A stretch of 64,000 nucleotides of DNA from a virus (lineage: Duplodnaviria; Caudoviricetes), in IMG/VR virus record IMGVR_UViG_3300021168_000003, positions 1,954-65,953 of that record. One strand, written 5' to 3'. Shown here piece by piece: positions 18,156-28,646 of the stretch; within the stretch, counting starts at the first letter, position 1; each line of letters starts with the position of its first letter. The position numbers were made by a program, and so were the translations under genes. The notes under the pieces were generated by a model. The model saw nothing but the letters and a program-made list of their open reading frames with translations. It was not told the origin of the DNA and searched no databases.

Positions 18156-19131
18156 AGATCGCCGGCTGCACCGGCAGCGGGTTGCCTTGTGGAGGAGGCA
18201 TGCCGGCCTGCTGCGGAGCGGGCATTCCTTTGGACTGCGACATCTGCTGAAGCAGTTGCAACGCTGCCTGCGGGTCGACCTTGGTCGGGGTCTTGGCGCT
18301 CTTGCCCTTGGGCTGGACGTTATGCGTCCCACCGGCGAGGTGCTTCACAGGAGCTCCACCAGCGGCTGCCGCCTTCGGAGGGATCATTCCCTTCGCCGCA
18401 GGCTTCTTGCCAGCGGGTGCCTTCGCCTGTGGACCGTTTTGCGGCTGAGGCGCGTTCTGCCGCTGCAACTCGGCCATGTGGTTTCCGAGAGCGTTCGCCT
18501 GGGCGATCTTGTCCCTGCCAATGAGGTCGGCACCGTGGACGTTGAGGACTGCCTCGTTGGGTGCGAGCATCGCCGGCACCTGATCGCTGGCCTGCGTGCC
18601 GACTTGACCGGCTGGTGTCGGCTTGCCTGGAACTTGGTTGGCTCCGCCTGCCGCGTGCAGCAGATGCTGATGGAGCTGGAGCAGCTCCTGGTCCGTCGCG
18701 GGGCGGTTCGGCACCGCGGCCGTGCCGGCGTGATAGTTGGCGTCATCGCTGAAGTTCGGGAGCGCTAGTGATGACTTGTTGAGATCCGACTGGGTGTCGG
18801 TGTACGCGTTCTGGTGCTGCCGTTGTTCACCAAGACTATCGGCGTTCGAGCGAGCGGCGTAGCCCTCGGCTCCATAGTAGCCACCCTGTGCGCCCTCGAG
18901 CGCACGCTTCGACGTGGCGTTGGCGGGGTTCTCATCGGCTTCCGACTTTGTGAGTCTGCCCTGCTGGTCTAGGAGGCTGCCTTGGTGCCCGCGCAGCCCT
19001 GCGAGCGACCCAGCGTTCTGGAGATCCGCCTGGCCGTGCATGGCCGCCGCCCCAGCCGCCGTGTTCGCAGCGTCGGCCTGCTGGCCGAGGATCGCGTATT
19101 TGGTGCCGAGCCACGCGGATGCGATGCCCAT
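18154..19131 (-). CDS. putative virion/ejection protein
   Basis: Ala/Gln/Gly-rich; DQVPAML..NEAVLN motif; last gene of the late operon. Confidence 0.5.
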   Translation of the reverse strand: MGIASAWLGTKYAILGQQADAANTAAGAAAMHGQADLQNAGSLAGLRGHQGSLLDQQGRLTKSEADENPANATSKRALEGAQGGYYGAEGYAARSNADSLGEQRQHQNAYTDTQSDLNKSSLALPNFSDDANYHAGTAAVPNRPATDQELLQLHQHLLHAAGGANQVPGKPTPAGQVGTQASDQVPAMLAPNEAVLNVHGADLIGRDKIAQANALGNHMAELQRQNAPQPQNGPQAKAPAGKKPAAKGMIPPKAAAAGGAPVKHLAGGTHNVQPKGKSAKTPTKVDPQAALQLLQQMSQSKGMPAPQQAGMPPPQGNPLPVQPAI

Positions 19132-19143
19132 GATAATCTCCTG

Positions 19144-21042
19144 TTAGACGGATGCAATCTGCTCGTCGATGCTGCTCGTGCTCGAGCTTGAACTCTGGCT
19201 CGTGCTCGTGCTCTGGCTCTGGCTCGTGCTCGTGCTTGTGCTGTCGCTCTCGCTCGTGCTTGCGCTCGTGCTCGTGCTGCTGTGCCAACTAATCGCGCCG
19301 ATCGCCGCCGCGCCGAGCTGGGCGCTGACCTGCGCGCCGACCTTAGACGCGTCGAGCGAGAGCCCCCGCGCCGCGATGTAGAGGTGGCCGTTGGCTTCGG
19401 CTGCCGCCACACCGATCTTAGCAACTTGTTCTTGCTCATCGATCACCGCCTGCCACTGCTTGGTCAGCGTGTCGTTGTAGCTGGCAAGCCCAGATATCTG
19501 AGCCCGGTAGACCTCAGCCGCGGCCGTGTTGTATTCGCTCGCCGCCTGCGCCTGTCCGACCATGCCCTTGATGGCGCTGTCGTAGCCCTGCAACTGCGCG
19601 GTGTAGGCGGCGATCAGCCCCTTGTAGGCTTCGACCTGGGCGGTGATCTGCGCCACGCTGGCGTCAACTGTGGCCTTGTAGGCGTCCACCGATGTCTTGT
19701 AGGCGCTCTCGATCGTGGCCTGTGCCTCGATGGAGGCCTTATAACCCTCGACCTGCGCGGTGTAGGCGTTGATCTGGCCGACGAAGGCCTTGATCTCCTC
19801 GCCGTAGATCTCGACCTCGATCTTCTGAATGTTGGCCTGGATCTCGATGGCGCTCAGTTGGGCCTTGTAGATGTCGACGACCGTCTGCTGCGCTTCTACC
19901 TCGGCCTTGTACTGGCCGACGATCGCCGTGTTGATGTTGGCCTTGGTCTGCTCGAACTCGATCTGGTTCTTGTTGACCTCGACTTGCGCCAGGAGACCCT
20001 TGATCTGCGTGTCGTAGATCTGGGCCATCGTGCGGTAGCCGTCGAGGGAGGCCTTATAGGCCTCGACCTGGGCGTTGTAGACCTGGATGGCGGCTTCGAC
20101 GGCGTATTTGGCGGCTTCGAACGTACGCTGGGCGACCTCGTTGGCGTAGTCGATCAGCTTGCTCTCGAGCGCCGTGGCGTTCTCGCGGGCGTGGATCAGG
20201 TTGTCCAGCTGGGTCTTCATCTGCGTCGCGAAGATGTCGCGCGAGATGCCGGCCATCGTGTAGTTAAGCTCGGTCTGCATCTTGTTGCGCGCGTCGAGGA
20301 ACGACCCTGGCGGGTAGGCGTAGCCGAGGACTTCGCTATCCCGCTCGAGCGCGGCGAGGGCGTTGGCCAGTGTGCGGTACTCGCGCTCGTAGGCCGCGTC
20401 GAGAAGCGCCTGCTGCGCCTGGCTAGGGATGAACGTCCCGGTGCCGTTGGCGATCGCGTTCTGCAGATCGGTCTGGAGTTGGGTCAGCAGAGCTGAAGTG
20501 AAGAGGGTGCCTTCTTTGTAGTTGAAGACGCCGGGGGCGACCGCGGTGAGCCCCGGGACGTTGGCGGTGAAGGCTGGGATGGAGATGTTCGGGAACGACA
20601 CCGTGTCGAGTGACAGCAGCGCCGGCACGCCCGGGAGCGCTGCCGTGAGCGTCGGGTAGGTGAAATTGAGGTTGACCGCTGGCGCGACGGGGGCCGTGCC
20701 AGAGAACGTCGCAGGGGCTGAGCCGAACGCAAGGGTCGGCGCGACGCCTGTAAACGGGCCAACGATGAGGCCGTTCAGGTTCAGCTGCCCGGTGAACGTG
20801 GTCGGCTCGGTCGGGATGTTCCACGTAACAGTCTGCAGTGCCGGCAACGACGCGGTGATCGGCGTCGGTGCGGCGTTGAGCGTGGGGAAAGACGGGTTGA
20901 CGACCGGCGCAGCGAGCTGCCCCGCCTGAGCACTTAGCTGAGACAAATAGGACCCAGCCCCAGCAATGAGCTGCTGGGACACCGCGAACATCTCGTCCGG
21001 GTCGCCGATTATCCCGGGGATTGGGGTGCTGAAACCGCTCAC
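19144..21042 (-). CDS. putative virion protein with long coiled coil and Ser/Thr tail
   Basis: 632 aa; Tyr-periodic heptads; STST tract. Confidence 0.55.
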   Translation of the reverse strand: MSGFSTPIPGIIGDPDEMFAVSQQLIAGAGSYLSQLSAQAGQLAAPVVNPSFPTLNAAPTPITASLPALQTVTWNIPTEPTTFTGQLNLNGLIVGPFTGVAPTLAFGSAPATFSGTAPVAPAVNLNFTYPTLTAALPGVPALLSLDTVSFPNISIPAFTANVPGLTAVAPGVFNYKEGTLFTSALLTQLQTDLQNAIANGTGTFIPSQAQQALLDAAYEREYRTLANALAALERDSEVLGYAYPPGSFLDARNKMQTELNYTMAGISRDIFATQMKTQLDNLIHARENATALESKLIDYANEVAQRTFEAAKYAVEAAIQVYNAQVEAYKASLDGYRTMAQIYDTQIKGLLAQVEVNKNQIEFEQTKANINTAIVGQYKAEVEAQQTVVDIYKAQLSAIEIQANIQKIEVEIYGEEIKAFVGQINAYTAQVEGYKASIEAQATIESAYKTSVDAYKATVDASVAQITAQVEAYKGLIAAYTAQLQGYDSAIKGMVGQAQAASEYNTAAAEVYRAQISGLASYNDTLTKQWQAVIDEQEQVAKIGVAAAEANGHLYIAARGLSLDASKVGAQVSAQLGAAAIGAISWHSSTSTSASTSESDSTSTSTSQSQSTSTSQSSSSSTSSIDEQIASV

Positions 21043-21094
21043 TACATGCTCCTAGAGATCGTGGGACCTTACCAGCACACTGACATGGGCGCAA

Positions 21095-22402
21095 TCACTT
21101 GCCCAACTTCGGGGCGGGGGTAAACGGCTTGATGGTGCCGGTCTTCTTCGTCTTGATCTTCGCTGAGCCCTGGTTCTTGCCGCCGATCCAATTGTCGCTA
21201 GCAGTGGTGAAGGCGATGTCAGGGACCTGGCCGAGGAGTTTTACAGGCGGAGCAGGCAACCGCGTGGGTACAGCGCCTGCGATGTCCAGCGGGGTTAGAG
21301 GGTTCACGGGAAGCTGTCTGGCGATCACTGGAGCCCCTTTCGCGTCGATAAACGCGCGGCGGTTGGACTCCACCGATGTGTCGAGCGTGACCCCGGTGAA
21401 CATCTGGAACTCAGCCATCTCGACCTTGAAGATGTTGTCCACCTGGTCGGGGGTCGACGGGATGCCCGCGGGGTTTTCGCTGAACGGGATGGGCGTAGGG
21501 GCGACGGTCGCGGTGGGGGCGATCTCCCCCAGCACGTTAAAATCAGGGACGGGTGGGATAGGCTGGATGGCATTGGGGTCCCAGACGAACGTCATCGTCG
21601 TCTCGTCGAAGACGTAAAGGCCCTTCTCCAGAGCAGCAGGCAAAGAATATGGAGGAGCCCCTTTGGATGCCGTATCCATCGAGTCAACGGTTATAACAGC
21701 GTTGAGATCACCCCCTCCGACCCAGTAATCGAATGCGTCCATCCCGTTATAGTTAACATCGTCGATCGCCACGAATAATTCAGCAGACGAAATAACGCTA
21801 TCCGGTGTAGTGTCGCTCGCCACACAAGAAACACCTTCTGATATATCGCACGAAATCAAAACATGATGCCACATGTCAACAAAGGCCGTAGGATCACCGA
21901 GGTTAACTGTGATGTTGAACGACTGAGGCCCGGTTATTACGGACTCCAGTTGGGCCGTCTGGATGTTGCCTGGATTGGTCCACGCGGCAGCGGTGACTTG
22001 GTAGGCGTTCTTGACGCACGTCGCAGTGGACTGAAACCTTGCGATGAACGAGATGGACGTAGGAAAGTTGGCTACGTTGATCCCGATTACGCTCGGGTCG
22101 AGGTAGACATACTCAGACGCCACGGCGACGAAGGTAACCAGATCAGAGGGCGTATCCGGGTTCTGCGGAGGGCCGTCCAACTGCACTTCTTGGTTCGTGA
22201 TGAATGGCTGCGTGAGTGGGCCACCGAAAGTGATCAGTGGGAGGATGCCCCACAATGATGCAGGCTGATCACCGCTAGAGATCCTCCCAACGTAATGATC
22301 ATGACACGCCTGCAAGGATGCTTGTGGCACGCGGAACCATAGCGAGATAACCGCCTTGGTGAAATCATTCGCCGAGGAGCTGTCTATATTAAGATAGCCC
22401 AT
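21095..22402 (-). CDS. putative tail/receptor-binding protein (LamG/ConA-like)
   Basis: ISLWFR and WHHVLISCD motifs. Confidence 0.5.
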   Translation of the reverse strand: MGYLNIDSSSANDFTKAVISLWFRVPQASLQACHDHYVGRISSGDQPASLWGILPLITFGGPLTQPFITNQEVQLDGPPQNPDTPSDLVTFVAVASEYVYLDPSVIGINVANFPTSISFIARFQSTATCVKNAYQVTAAAWTNPGNIQTAQLESVITGPQSFNITVNLGDPTAFVDMWHHVLISCDISEGVSCVASDTTPDSVISSAELFVAIDDVNYNGMDAFDYWVGGGDLNAVITVDSMDTASKGAPPYSLPAALEKGLYVFDETTMTFVWDPNAIQPIPPVPDFNVLGEIAPTATVAPTPIPFSENPAGIPSTPDQVDNIFKVEMAEFQMFTGVTLDTSVESNRRAFIDAKGAPVIARQLPVNPLTPLDIAGAVPTRLPAPPVKLLGQVPDIAFTTASDNWIGGKNQGSAKIKTKKTGTIKPFTPAPKLGK

Positions 22403-22914
22403 TAAGTGTCTCCATCAAAGAAAACGACTGCGATCAGGCTGGAGAGATAATCAGCTCTCCCACCATGCTGCAGCGGCTCTAGCCTAGGCAGCGGGGTCGG
22501 CGGTACGGTAGTCTCGTACCTGACCTTCTCCTGGCCAAACTGACTTTGGTAGAAGACGGTCAACCCGGGCAGCCCTAATGCTGCGTTGCGGATTTCGATG
22601 ATGCCGTTATCAGTGTTGCGGCGCTGAGCCGCCATCCATGCGTTGATCTCGCCCTCGTGGCTGCTGACCAGGGTCTGGCCGCCGATGCCTAGGTCTTGTC
22701 TCTTGGCCTCCGCTGTGTAGGCGATGGCCGCGGAGGACACCTTGGCTGCATCAGCGTCCGACAGCCCTGCATCAGGGATCGACGCGAGATAGGCAGCCAG
22801 ATCCCGATCGCGGCTCTGGTCCGCCTGCTTAATCGAGGAACTATCGTCTACAAGCCTGGTGGGGCTAGATGGCTTGTCGAACGGCGTGTTGGTTTTAGGC
22901 CTGAAATTAGGCAC
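22402..22914 (-). CDS. putative virion protein
   Basis: coupled ORF within the tail cluster. Confidence 0.45.
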   Translation of the reverse strand: MPNFRPKTNTPFDKPSSPTRLVDDSSSIKQADQSRDRDLAAYLASIPDAGLSDADAAKVSSAAIAYTAEAKRQDLGIGGQTLVSSHEGEINAWMAAQRRNTDNGIIEIRNAALGLPGLTVFYQSQFGQEKVRYETTVPPTPLPRLEPLQHGGRADYLSSLIAVVFFDGDT

Positions 22915-22915
22915 G

Positions 22916-24124
22916 TCACACCCGGCGATCGCTCAGCATCGGGATAAAGGTGAGCTCGTCCAGATCGAAGTCCTGGCCGGTGCTCGTCAGCTGGAACGCG
23001 ATGTAGCGTGTGCGTAGGCCCTTGCCGACGTTAACCTTGGTGGTCATGAGGCCGGGCTGGCCGATCGCCTGGTAGACGTATTCGCGCCCGTCGCCCTGGA
23101 TGATCTTGATGAAGTACTGACCGCCACCGCGTACTGCGAGGTAGACGCCCTTCAGCCCGCTAAGTTTCGAGCCGTTCATCTGCATGAACGCGGAGATGAT
23201 GTCCGACTGGATCGGCACACCGTTGTCGGTGTCGCCATCTAGTTCGAAGATGCCTGACGAATTGGCTGCCAGATACCGCAGCCCAAACTGTGCGAAGCTG
23301 TTGAAGTTGTAGTTCGTGTATTCGGTTACGGCATTCGTTCGAGTATTGACTGCCCATGTCGTGACGGTTCCCTGTGGATTTACATAGAGCCCGGTGATCA
23401 TGATGCCGTCGAGCAGCGCGTCACCGTTGTAGATCATCAGTGGAAGCTGGTCGTCATCGACACCGATATTGCCGACGAGCTGCAGCACCAGGGTGTTGCC
23501 TAGCCCGGCATGCACCGTCAGCGCCTGCGAGATGACAGGGTTGGCGACGTACTGCTTCGCCTGCGTAAAGTGGACCGACATGGCTTGGCTGAGCGCCAGG
23601 GCTAAGGCGCGCCCCAAAGCGTCGTGCATCAGCGTCGACTGCGCGAGCGCGAGATGGTAGTTGATCGCAGGGATGTGGGCCGGGGTCAGCCTAAGCTTCT
23701 GCAGGATGGTCAGCCGCCAGGCCACCAGTGCGGCTTGGTGGCAGGTCATGGCCTGCGTCAGTGTGACCGGGTAGGCGCGCTGCAGCACCTGCGCCAGCTT
23801 GATCACGTCGGTGTGCGTTAGATGGTAGGTCGGTAGCGTGGCCTGCGCGAAGCCGATCTTAATGGCCTGCAGGATGACGCGGCCCCACTTCCACGCCTCT
23901 GCGGCGGTGGGGGCGCACGTCATGTTCTGGCTTAGTGTCTTGAAGACGGTCTTGACGCGCAGGAGGAGCTCATGCGTGAGCATCTCCTCATCCATAGCGG
24001 CGTTGATGGTGACCTTCCGCAACCATCTCGAGATGGTTGCGATCGACACTGTCGGCTGCGCGGACTTGAACGCGTGCAGCGTCGAGGTGGTCGTCATCGA
24101 CACTGTTTGATTGAAGGCGGTCAT
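22916..24124 (-). CDS. tail protein with N-terminal beta repeats
   Basis: repeated Q.MT.H-type units; C-terminal WAVNTRTNAVTEY.NY.FNSF and GKGLRTRY. Confidence 0.6.
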   Translation of the reverse strand: MTAFNQTVSMTTTSTLHAFKSAQPTVSIATISRWLRKVTINAAMDEEMLTHELLLRVKTVFKTLSQNMTCAPTAAEAWKWGRVILQAIKIGFAQATLPTYHLTHTDVIKLAQVLQRAYPVTLTQAMTCHQAALVAWRLTILQKLRLTPAHIPAINYHLALAQSTLMHDALGRALALALSQAMSVHFTQAKQYVANPVISQALTVHAGLGNTLVLQLVGNIGVDDDQLPLMIYNGDALLDGIMITGLYVNPQGTVTTWAVNTRTNAVTEYTNYNFNSFAQFGLRYLAANSSGIFELDGDTDNGVPIQSDIISAFMQMNGSKLSGLKGVYLAVRGGGQYFIKIIQGDGREYVYQAIGQPGLMTTKVNVGKGLRTRYIAFQLTSTGQDFDLDELTFIPMLSDRRV

Positions 24125-24193
24125 GGTCGCGGTCCCTTAGGCGGAGAGCCCAAGGTGCTGCAGCACCCCAGGCCCTCCTAGCTCTTAGGCCGC

Positions 24194-24763
24194 TTACGCC
24201 GAGGCGGCGGTGTACGTGTAGGTCAGGTTCAGGATGTCGCCCGAGACCACTGACTTCGAGGAGCCGAACTGCGCGCCTGAGAAGAGCGTGCCGCCCGTGC
24301 CGCTGATCGTGGCCGAGGAGATCAGGAACGCGCCGTAGAGGGTGACCGAACCGTTGAACGTGTAGGACGCCTGAGCGCTGGAGTTGGACGTGCTCTGGCC
24401 CGAGGGGGACGAGCTGTTCGGGGTCCAGGTCTGGCGCGCGCCGGCCACGTAGGCCGTGACTTCCGTCGCCGCCGCGGCAATGCCGGAGGCCGTGTCGGAC
24501 GCGAGGACAGTGTAGTTGCCGGAGAAGAGGCCGATGTACCAGGTGGTGATCTGCGAGCCGCCAGCAAGCGCCGCACCGAGCAGGTAGTTCAGCCCTTGGT
24601 TGACGACCAGGTTGTCGAAATCGAACTCGTCGATGACGACGCCGTCGCGGACGATCTCGCCGCGGTAGCTGCCGACGCCGAGGATCTTGTTGTCAGGGAC
24701 GAGGAGGCCGGACGGGCGGGCCTTAAAGCCGGCCGGAAGAGCGGCCTCTAGCATCGGGTTCAT
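24194..24763 (-). CDS. tail fibre-associated structural protein
   Basis: NLVVNQGLNYLL..., WYIGL, YGAFL, GDILNLTY; AAGGAG RBS. Confidence 0.65.
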   Translation of the reverse strand: MNPMLEAALPAGFKARPSGLLVPDNKILGVGSYRGEIVRDGVVIDEFDFDNLVVNQGLNYLLGAALAGGSQITTWYIGLFSGNYTVLASDTASGIAAAATEVTAYVAGARQTWTPNSSSPSGQSTSNSSAQASYTFNGSVTLYGAFLISSATISGTGGTLFSGAQFGSSKSVVSGDILNLTYTYTAASA

Positions 24764-24799
24764 GTGGCGCTCCTTGGCCAGTGCATGGAGAATGTCCTT

Positions 24800-24877
24800 C
24801 TCCATACCACCCGTGCAGGACACTGACAAGACAGTCCACTGACATGGCTTGCGCCCCGGATTATCGCGTGGTAAGCC
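24800..24877. promoter_or_regulatory. divergent promoter pair with AGGACACTGAC box
   Basis: minus TTGTCA-17-TATGGA; plus TTGCGC-17-TAAGCC; box at 24817-24827. Confidence 0.5.
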
Positions 24878-24905
24878 GGTGGCTCAACCACTCAGCGAGG
24901 CAGTC

Positions 24906-25073
24906 ATGGGTCAAGTCAGTGCTAAGACAGTCTCTTCCAGCTCCGTCACTGCGGTCATCACCCGCGCCGACGGCTCGGTCGAGAAGCTCGGTCTGATCTC
25001 CTACTACTCTCGCAACCCAATACGGCGCTGGGGTTATGCGCTGGGCAAATTCCTAGGCATCTGGAGACGGTAA
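24906..25073 (+). CDS. small protein, first gene of the inverted fibre cassette
   Basis: GAGG RBS; TAVITRADGSVEKLG. Confidence 0.55.
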   Translation: MGQVSAKTVSSSSVTAVITRADGSVEKLGLISYYSRNPIRRWGYALGKFLGIWRR

Positions 25074-25074
25074 C

Positions 25075-25452
25075 GTGACCGCACAAACACAGAACGCGGG
25101 CCTGGCCCGGATGACTTCCCTGATCGCCGCTGCCAGCTTCTGGCTGCAGTGGGGCACCGGCACGGGCGCAGTGGCGTCCGCCAACGTCGTGACCACGACC
25201 ACGACAACCGAGGCTCGCGTCTCCGCGACGACGTCGCAGCAGACGACGAGCGTCACCAACGACACCCTGCAGCTCACCGGCACCATCACGGCGGCTGGCT
25301 CGCGGGCCATCACTGAGGTCGGCACGTTCGACGCGGCTGGCTCCGGCTCACCCCCGACCGGCGGCAACATGGACCATTACGGATCGTTCTCGGTCATCAA
25401 CCTGAACACGTCGGACTCGATCGCCTTCACGATCAAGGTCACCTACACCTGA
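25075..25452 (+). CDS. fibre-associated structural protein resembling 24194..24763
   Basis: NAGLA...WGTGT...ITEVGTFDA...FSVINLNTSDSIAFT. Confidence 0.65.
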   Translation: MTAQTQNAGLARMTSLIAAASFWLQWGTGTGAVASANVVTTTTTTEARVSATTSQQTTSVTNDTLQLTGTITAAGSRAITEVGTFDAAGSGSPPTGGNMDHYGSFSVINLNTSDSIAFTIKVTYT

Positions 25453-25480
25453 GCCCAAGGCTCTCCCTTAGGAGGGTCCT

Positions 25481-27004
25481 ATGACTGCGTCTACCTGGTA
25501 TGTCAGCTCGGTCGCTTACACAGCAATTACGCAGTTCGCGATCAGCCATGCTTACAGCATCGGCGACATCGTCCGCTCGCTGGCTGCCCCTGCCAACAAC
25601 AGCAAGGGCGTCTTCCGCTGCACGACAGCCGGAACCTCAGGCGGCTCCGAGAGCGCGTGGCAACAGTCGAACGGCAGCACCACCACACAGGGCGGCGCGG
25701 TCTTCACGACGGTCACAGGTAGTTCGACCTACCACTGGTCAGCTGCGGCTGGTGACCTAGGCAGCGCAACTGGCACGACGAACAACGGTTTCGCAGCTGC
25801 CGGCGACACGGTTTACGTGTCGAGCGATCATAGTGAGAGCTTCTCCAACCCGACTTACTTCAACAACATATCCGGCAGCTGGAACGTAACTACTTTCGTT
25901 ATTAGCGTGAACCGCGGCGGCTCAGTACCGCCAGTAGCAGCTGACATCACATCAGGTGCAACGCTAACCGCTAGCGCCAGCAACCTAAATATTGATCCTG
26001 CATTCCCAATCTATTTTAACGGCGTGACGATTGCCGCGACCGCCGGTAATATCACATTCAACGGCAGTTTCTATAGGGCAACGTATTTCAAGAATTGCGC
26101 TCTCCAGCTCAACTCAAGCAGTGCCGCATCCCTTATCAATTGCAACAACCCAGCCAGAATAACACTGGATAATACGACAGTATCGTTCGGCAAAGCGACG
26201 CAAGGTTTCTCCTCGGCTTCCTACTCGTTCGACATTACATGGATAAACACCGCGTCTGCACTGCTGGGGACGATGCCGACCAATCTGTTTATCCCAGGGG
26301 CTCCAGGTCTATACGTCACCTGCCGGGGTGTGGACTTAAGTGCTACGACCGGGACACTGGTGCAATCATCTGCCAGTAACGAGGGAGTCAAAGCTCTATT
26401 TGACAGCTGTAAAATAGCGTCCTCAGTCACTCGCTTCGGTACAACGTCTGCTGGGTCGAATGATGCTGTTGAGCTGGTAAACTGCTACGACGGGACCAAC
26501 ACTATTAACGAGTATTACAGTTCAGCTGGAAAAGTCCTGACCGAGCGGACCATCGTCGTGACGGGCGGAGCTACCGACGATATCGGCACGTTCAGCCTGA
26601 AGATGGTGTCTGCCTCTACCGGCCTCAGCAAGTGGGGCTACGGGCTCGACACCTTCTGGTTCGACGTCGAGAACACCGCGACGGGTTCTAGCAAGACCGC
26701 TACGGTGGAGATCAACTCCAGCGCGGCGCTGAATAACGACGACATTTTCCTCACGCTGGAATACCAGGGCACGTCCAGCTCCCCGGTCGCCAGCTTCGCG
26801 ACATCCCTGCCGACTACGCTGCTGACCGCCAACGCCGCGATCACGACCTCGAGCCAGACGTGGACCAGCTCGCCCGCGACGCCTGCGCCGCAGAAGATCC
26901 AGATCACCTTCACGCCCCAGGTGGCCGGGCGCGTGCGCGGCAAGATCACCCTCGGCAAGATCAGCACCACGGTGTACGTCAATCCCGTAATCACGATCAC
27001 CTAA
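25481..27004 (+). CDS. putative fibre/receptor-binding protein
   Basis: AYSIGDIVR...FRCTTAGTSG motif; Ser/Thr/Asn-rich beta body; GGAGG RBS. Confidence 0.6.
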   Translation: MTASTWYVSSVAYTAITQFAISHAYSIGDIVRSLAAPANNSKGVFRCTTAGTSGGSESAWQQSNGSTTTQGGAVFTTVTGSSTYHWSAAAGDLGSATGTTNNGFAAAGDTVYVSSDHSESFSNPTYFNNISGSWNVTTFVISVNRGGSVPPVAADITSGATLTASASNLNIDPAFPIYFNGVTIAATAGNITFNGSFYRATYFKNCALQLNSSSAASLINCNNPARITLDNTTVSFGKATQGFSSASYSFDITWINTASALLGTMPTNLFIPGAPGLYVTCRGVDLSATTGTLVQSSASNEGVKALFDSCKIASSVTRFGTTSAGSNDAVELVNCYDGTNTINEYYSSAGKVLTERTIVVTGGATDDIGTFSLKMVSASTGLSKWGYGLDTFWFDVENTATGSSKTATVEINSSAALNNDDIFLTLEYQGTSSSPVASFATSLPTTLLTANAAITTSSQTWTSSPATPAPQKIQITFTPQVAGRVRGKITLGKISTTVYVNPVITIT

Positions 27005-27005
27005 A

Positions 27006-28643
27006 ATGGGCTCGTACTTCCACTCAGGAACACGGCCAGGGTCCTCGTCCGTCATCTCAGGCGGCAGCGGTGCGTATGCGATCCCAGGCGTCGGCATCGT
27101 CTCGGACCAATCCGCAGTCGCCTACACTCAGATTGTAGCCTACACAGGCACCAGCTCGGTCACCACAGCCAAGGCCGTCACCGCAATAAGGTCATGGTCT
27201 ACGACCAGTGCGCTGACCGCCTTAAAATCTGCTGCTAAGTTCCTGTCGTGGACCACGGTGTCCGCCGTCACAGCGGCAGCGAACAAGATTTGGGCTAAGA
27301 CGGTTTCGCTCACCACGACATCCGCCGTGACTACCGCTGAAGCGGTGACCCGCGTGAAGACGGTTTCGCTCGCTACGGTGTCTGCCTTGTCCGCTTTGAA
27401 GTCCGCCGGCAAGATCGCGTCGTGGACCACGACCAGCGCCGTGTCCGCGGCGGCGAAGAAGTCCGCCGGGGCGATCATCTCGATCACGACCACCTCCTCG
27501 GTGTCCGCTTTGAAGTCCGCTTCGAAGTTGCTGTCGTGGACGACCACGTCTGCGGTGTCGGTGCTGAAGGGCAACGTCGCCCAGATCATCACCTTCACCA
27601 CGACCAGCGCGGTGGCCGTCACCAAGTCCGCCGGCAAGATCCCCGCATGGGGCACCGCGAGCGCGGTATCACTGGTCGAGGGCATCATCCGGGGGCGCTC
27701 GGTCGCGTTCACGACGGTCAGCGCCCTGTCCATCCTGCGCCCGGTCCTCCGGGTCCGCGCCGTTGCAATCACCACTCATGGCGCGCTTACGATGCAACGC
27801 GCGATCAGCGCCACCCGATCGATCGCCAGCCACAGCGCAATCACGATGCGTCGGGCGATGGCTCATGGGGTCACGCTCGTCACCCACGGCGCAGGTTCGG
27901 TGACCAAGCGCGTCGCCCACGGCCCGATCCTGATCGCAACCACGAGCTCGGTGTCGGTCGTCCTTAACGGCATCCAGCACGCGCTGGTGGCCATCACGAC
28001 CCACAGCACGCTCTCCATGCAGCGCGCGATCGGCAAGATCGTGAAGTGGACATCGGCGACCCACATTAACAAACTGATTAAGAAGGTGTTCTCGACACAG
28101 CTCATCGCCACGGTGAGCGCGGTGACCTTGCCTGGGTCGCTGCTAGGCCACGCCTACCTGCAGGCCGTCGCCATCGCGACTTCGAGCGCGGTGGTCTTGC
28201 GCAAGCTGGTCAACCTTAAACACCTGAATGGTGCGCTGTTCTTCCGCACCCACGGCGCGCTGACGATGCGCAAGCAGCCGGCCCCGACCGTCCTAATCCA
28301 CACCCTCACTGCTGGGCCTGGGACTGTGGTGAGAAAGCTAGTCAGCATCACCAGGCTGATCCAGACAATTAGCGTGATGGCCCCCGGCCCTCTCAAGGCC
28401 ACGATCGTGACTGTCGTGATCAACACCACGTCCGCACTCAGCTTCTTCCCTGGCTACATCGTCGGGATCACGGTCTTCATCTCCACCACGTCGAACGTGG
28501 CGGTCTCGCTGTTCCTGTCCTTCGGTAAGAAGGTCGGCCTCACCCTGTACGGCTACGCGTATGGCATGCTATTGTCGGCCCGCCAGAGCCATCTGCCTGC
28601 CGACGGGCAGCAAAGCCGGCTTAAGATCGACGACGAGGACTAG
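27006..28643 (+). CDS. repetitive beta-rich fibre protein
   Basis: about 20-aa repeats of TTSAVS/THGAL type. Confidence 0.6.
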   Translation: MGSYFHSGTRPGSSSVISGGSGAYAIPGVGIVSDQSAVAYTQIVAYTGTSSVTTAKAVTAIRSWSTTSALTALKSAAKFLSWTTVSAVTAAANKIWAKTVSLTTTSAVTTAEAVTRVKTVSLATVSALSALKSAGKIASWTTTSAVSAAAKKSAGAIISITTTSSVSALKSASKLLSWTTTSAVSVLKGNVAQIITFTTTSAVAVTKSAGKIPAWGTASAVSLVEGIIRGRSVAFTTVSALSILRPVLRVRAVAITTHGALTMQRAISATRSIASHSAITMRRAMAHGVTLVTHGAGSVTKRVAHGPILIATTSSVSVVLNGIQHALVAITTHSTLSMQRAIGKIVKWTSATHINKLIKKVFSTQLIATVSAVTLPGSLLGHAYLQAVAIATSSAVVLRKLVNLKHLNGALFFRTHGALTMRKQPAPTVLIHTLTAGPGTVVRKLVSITRLIQTISVMAPGPLKATIVTVVINTTSALSFFPGYIVGITVFISTTSNVAVSLFLSFGKKVGLTLYGYAYGMLLSARQSHLPADGQQSRLKIDDED

Positions 28644-28646
28644 GCG

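Noticed and set aside
19170-19282. AGCACG hexamer tract as a separate repeat element
   Set aside because: It simply encodes the Ser/Thr tail of the 19144..21042 protein; the same applies to the 15-bp AAPAA repeats near 41490.
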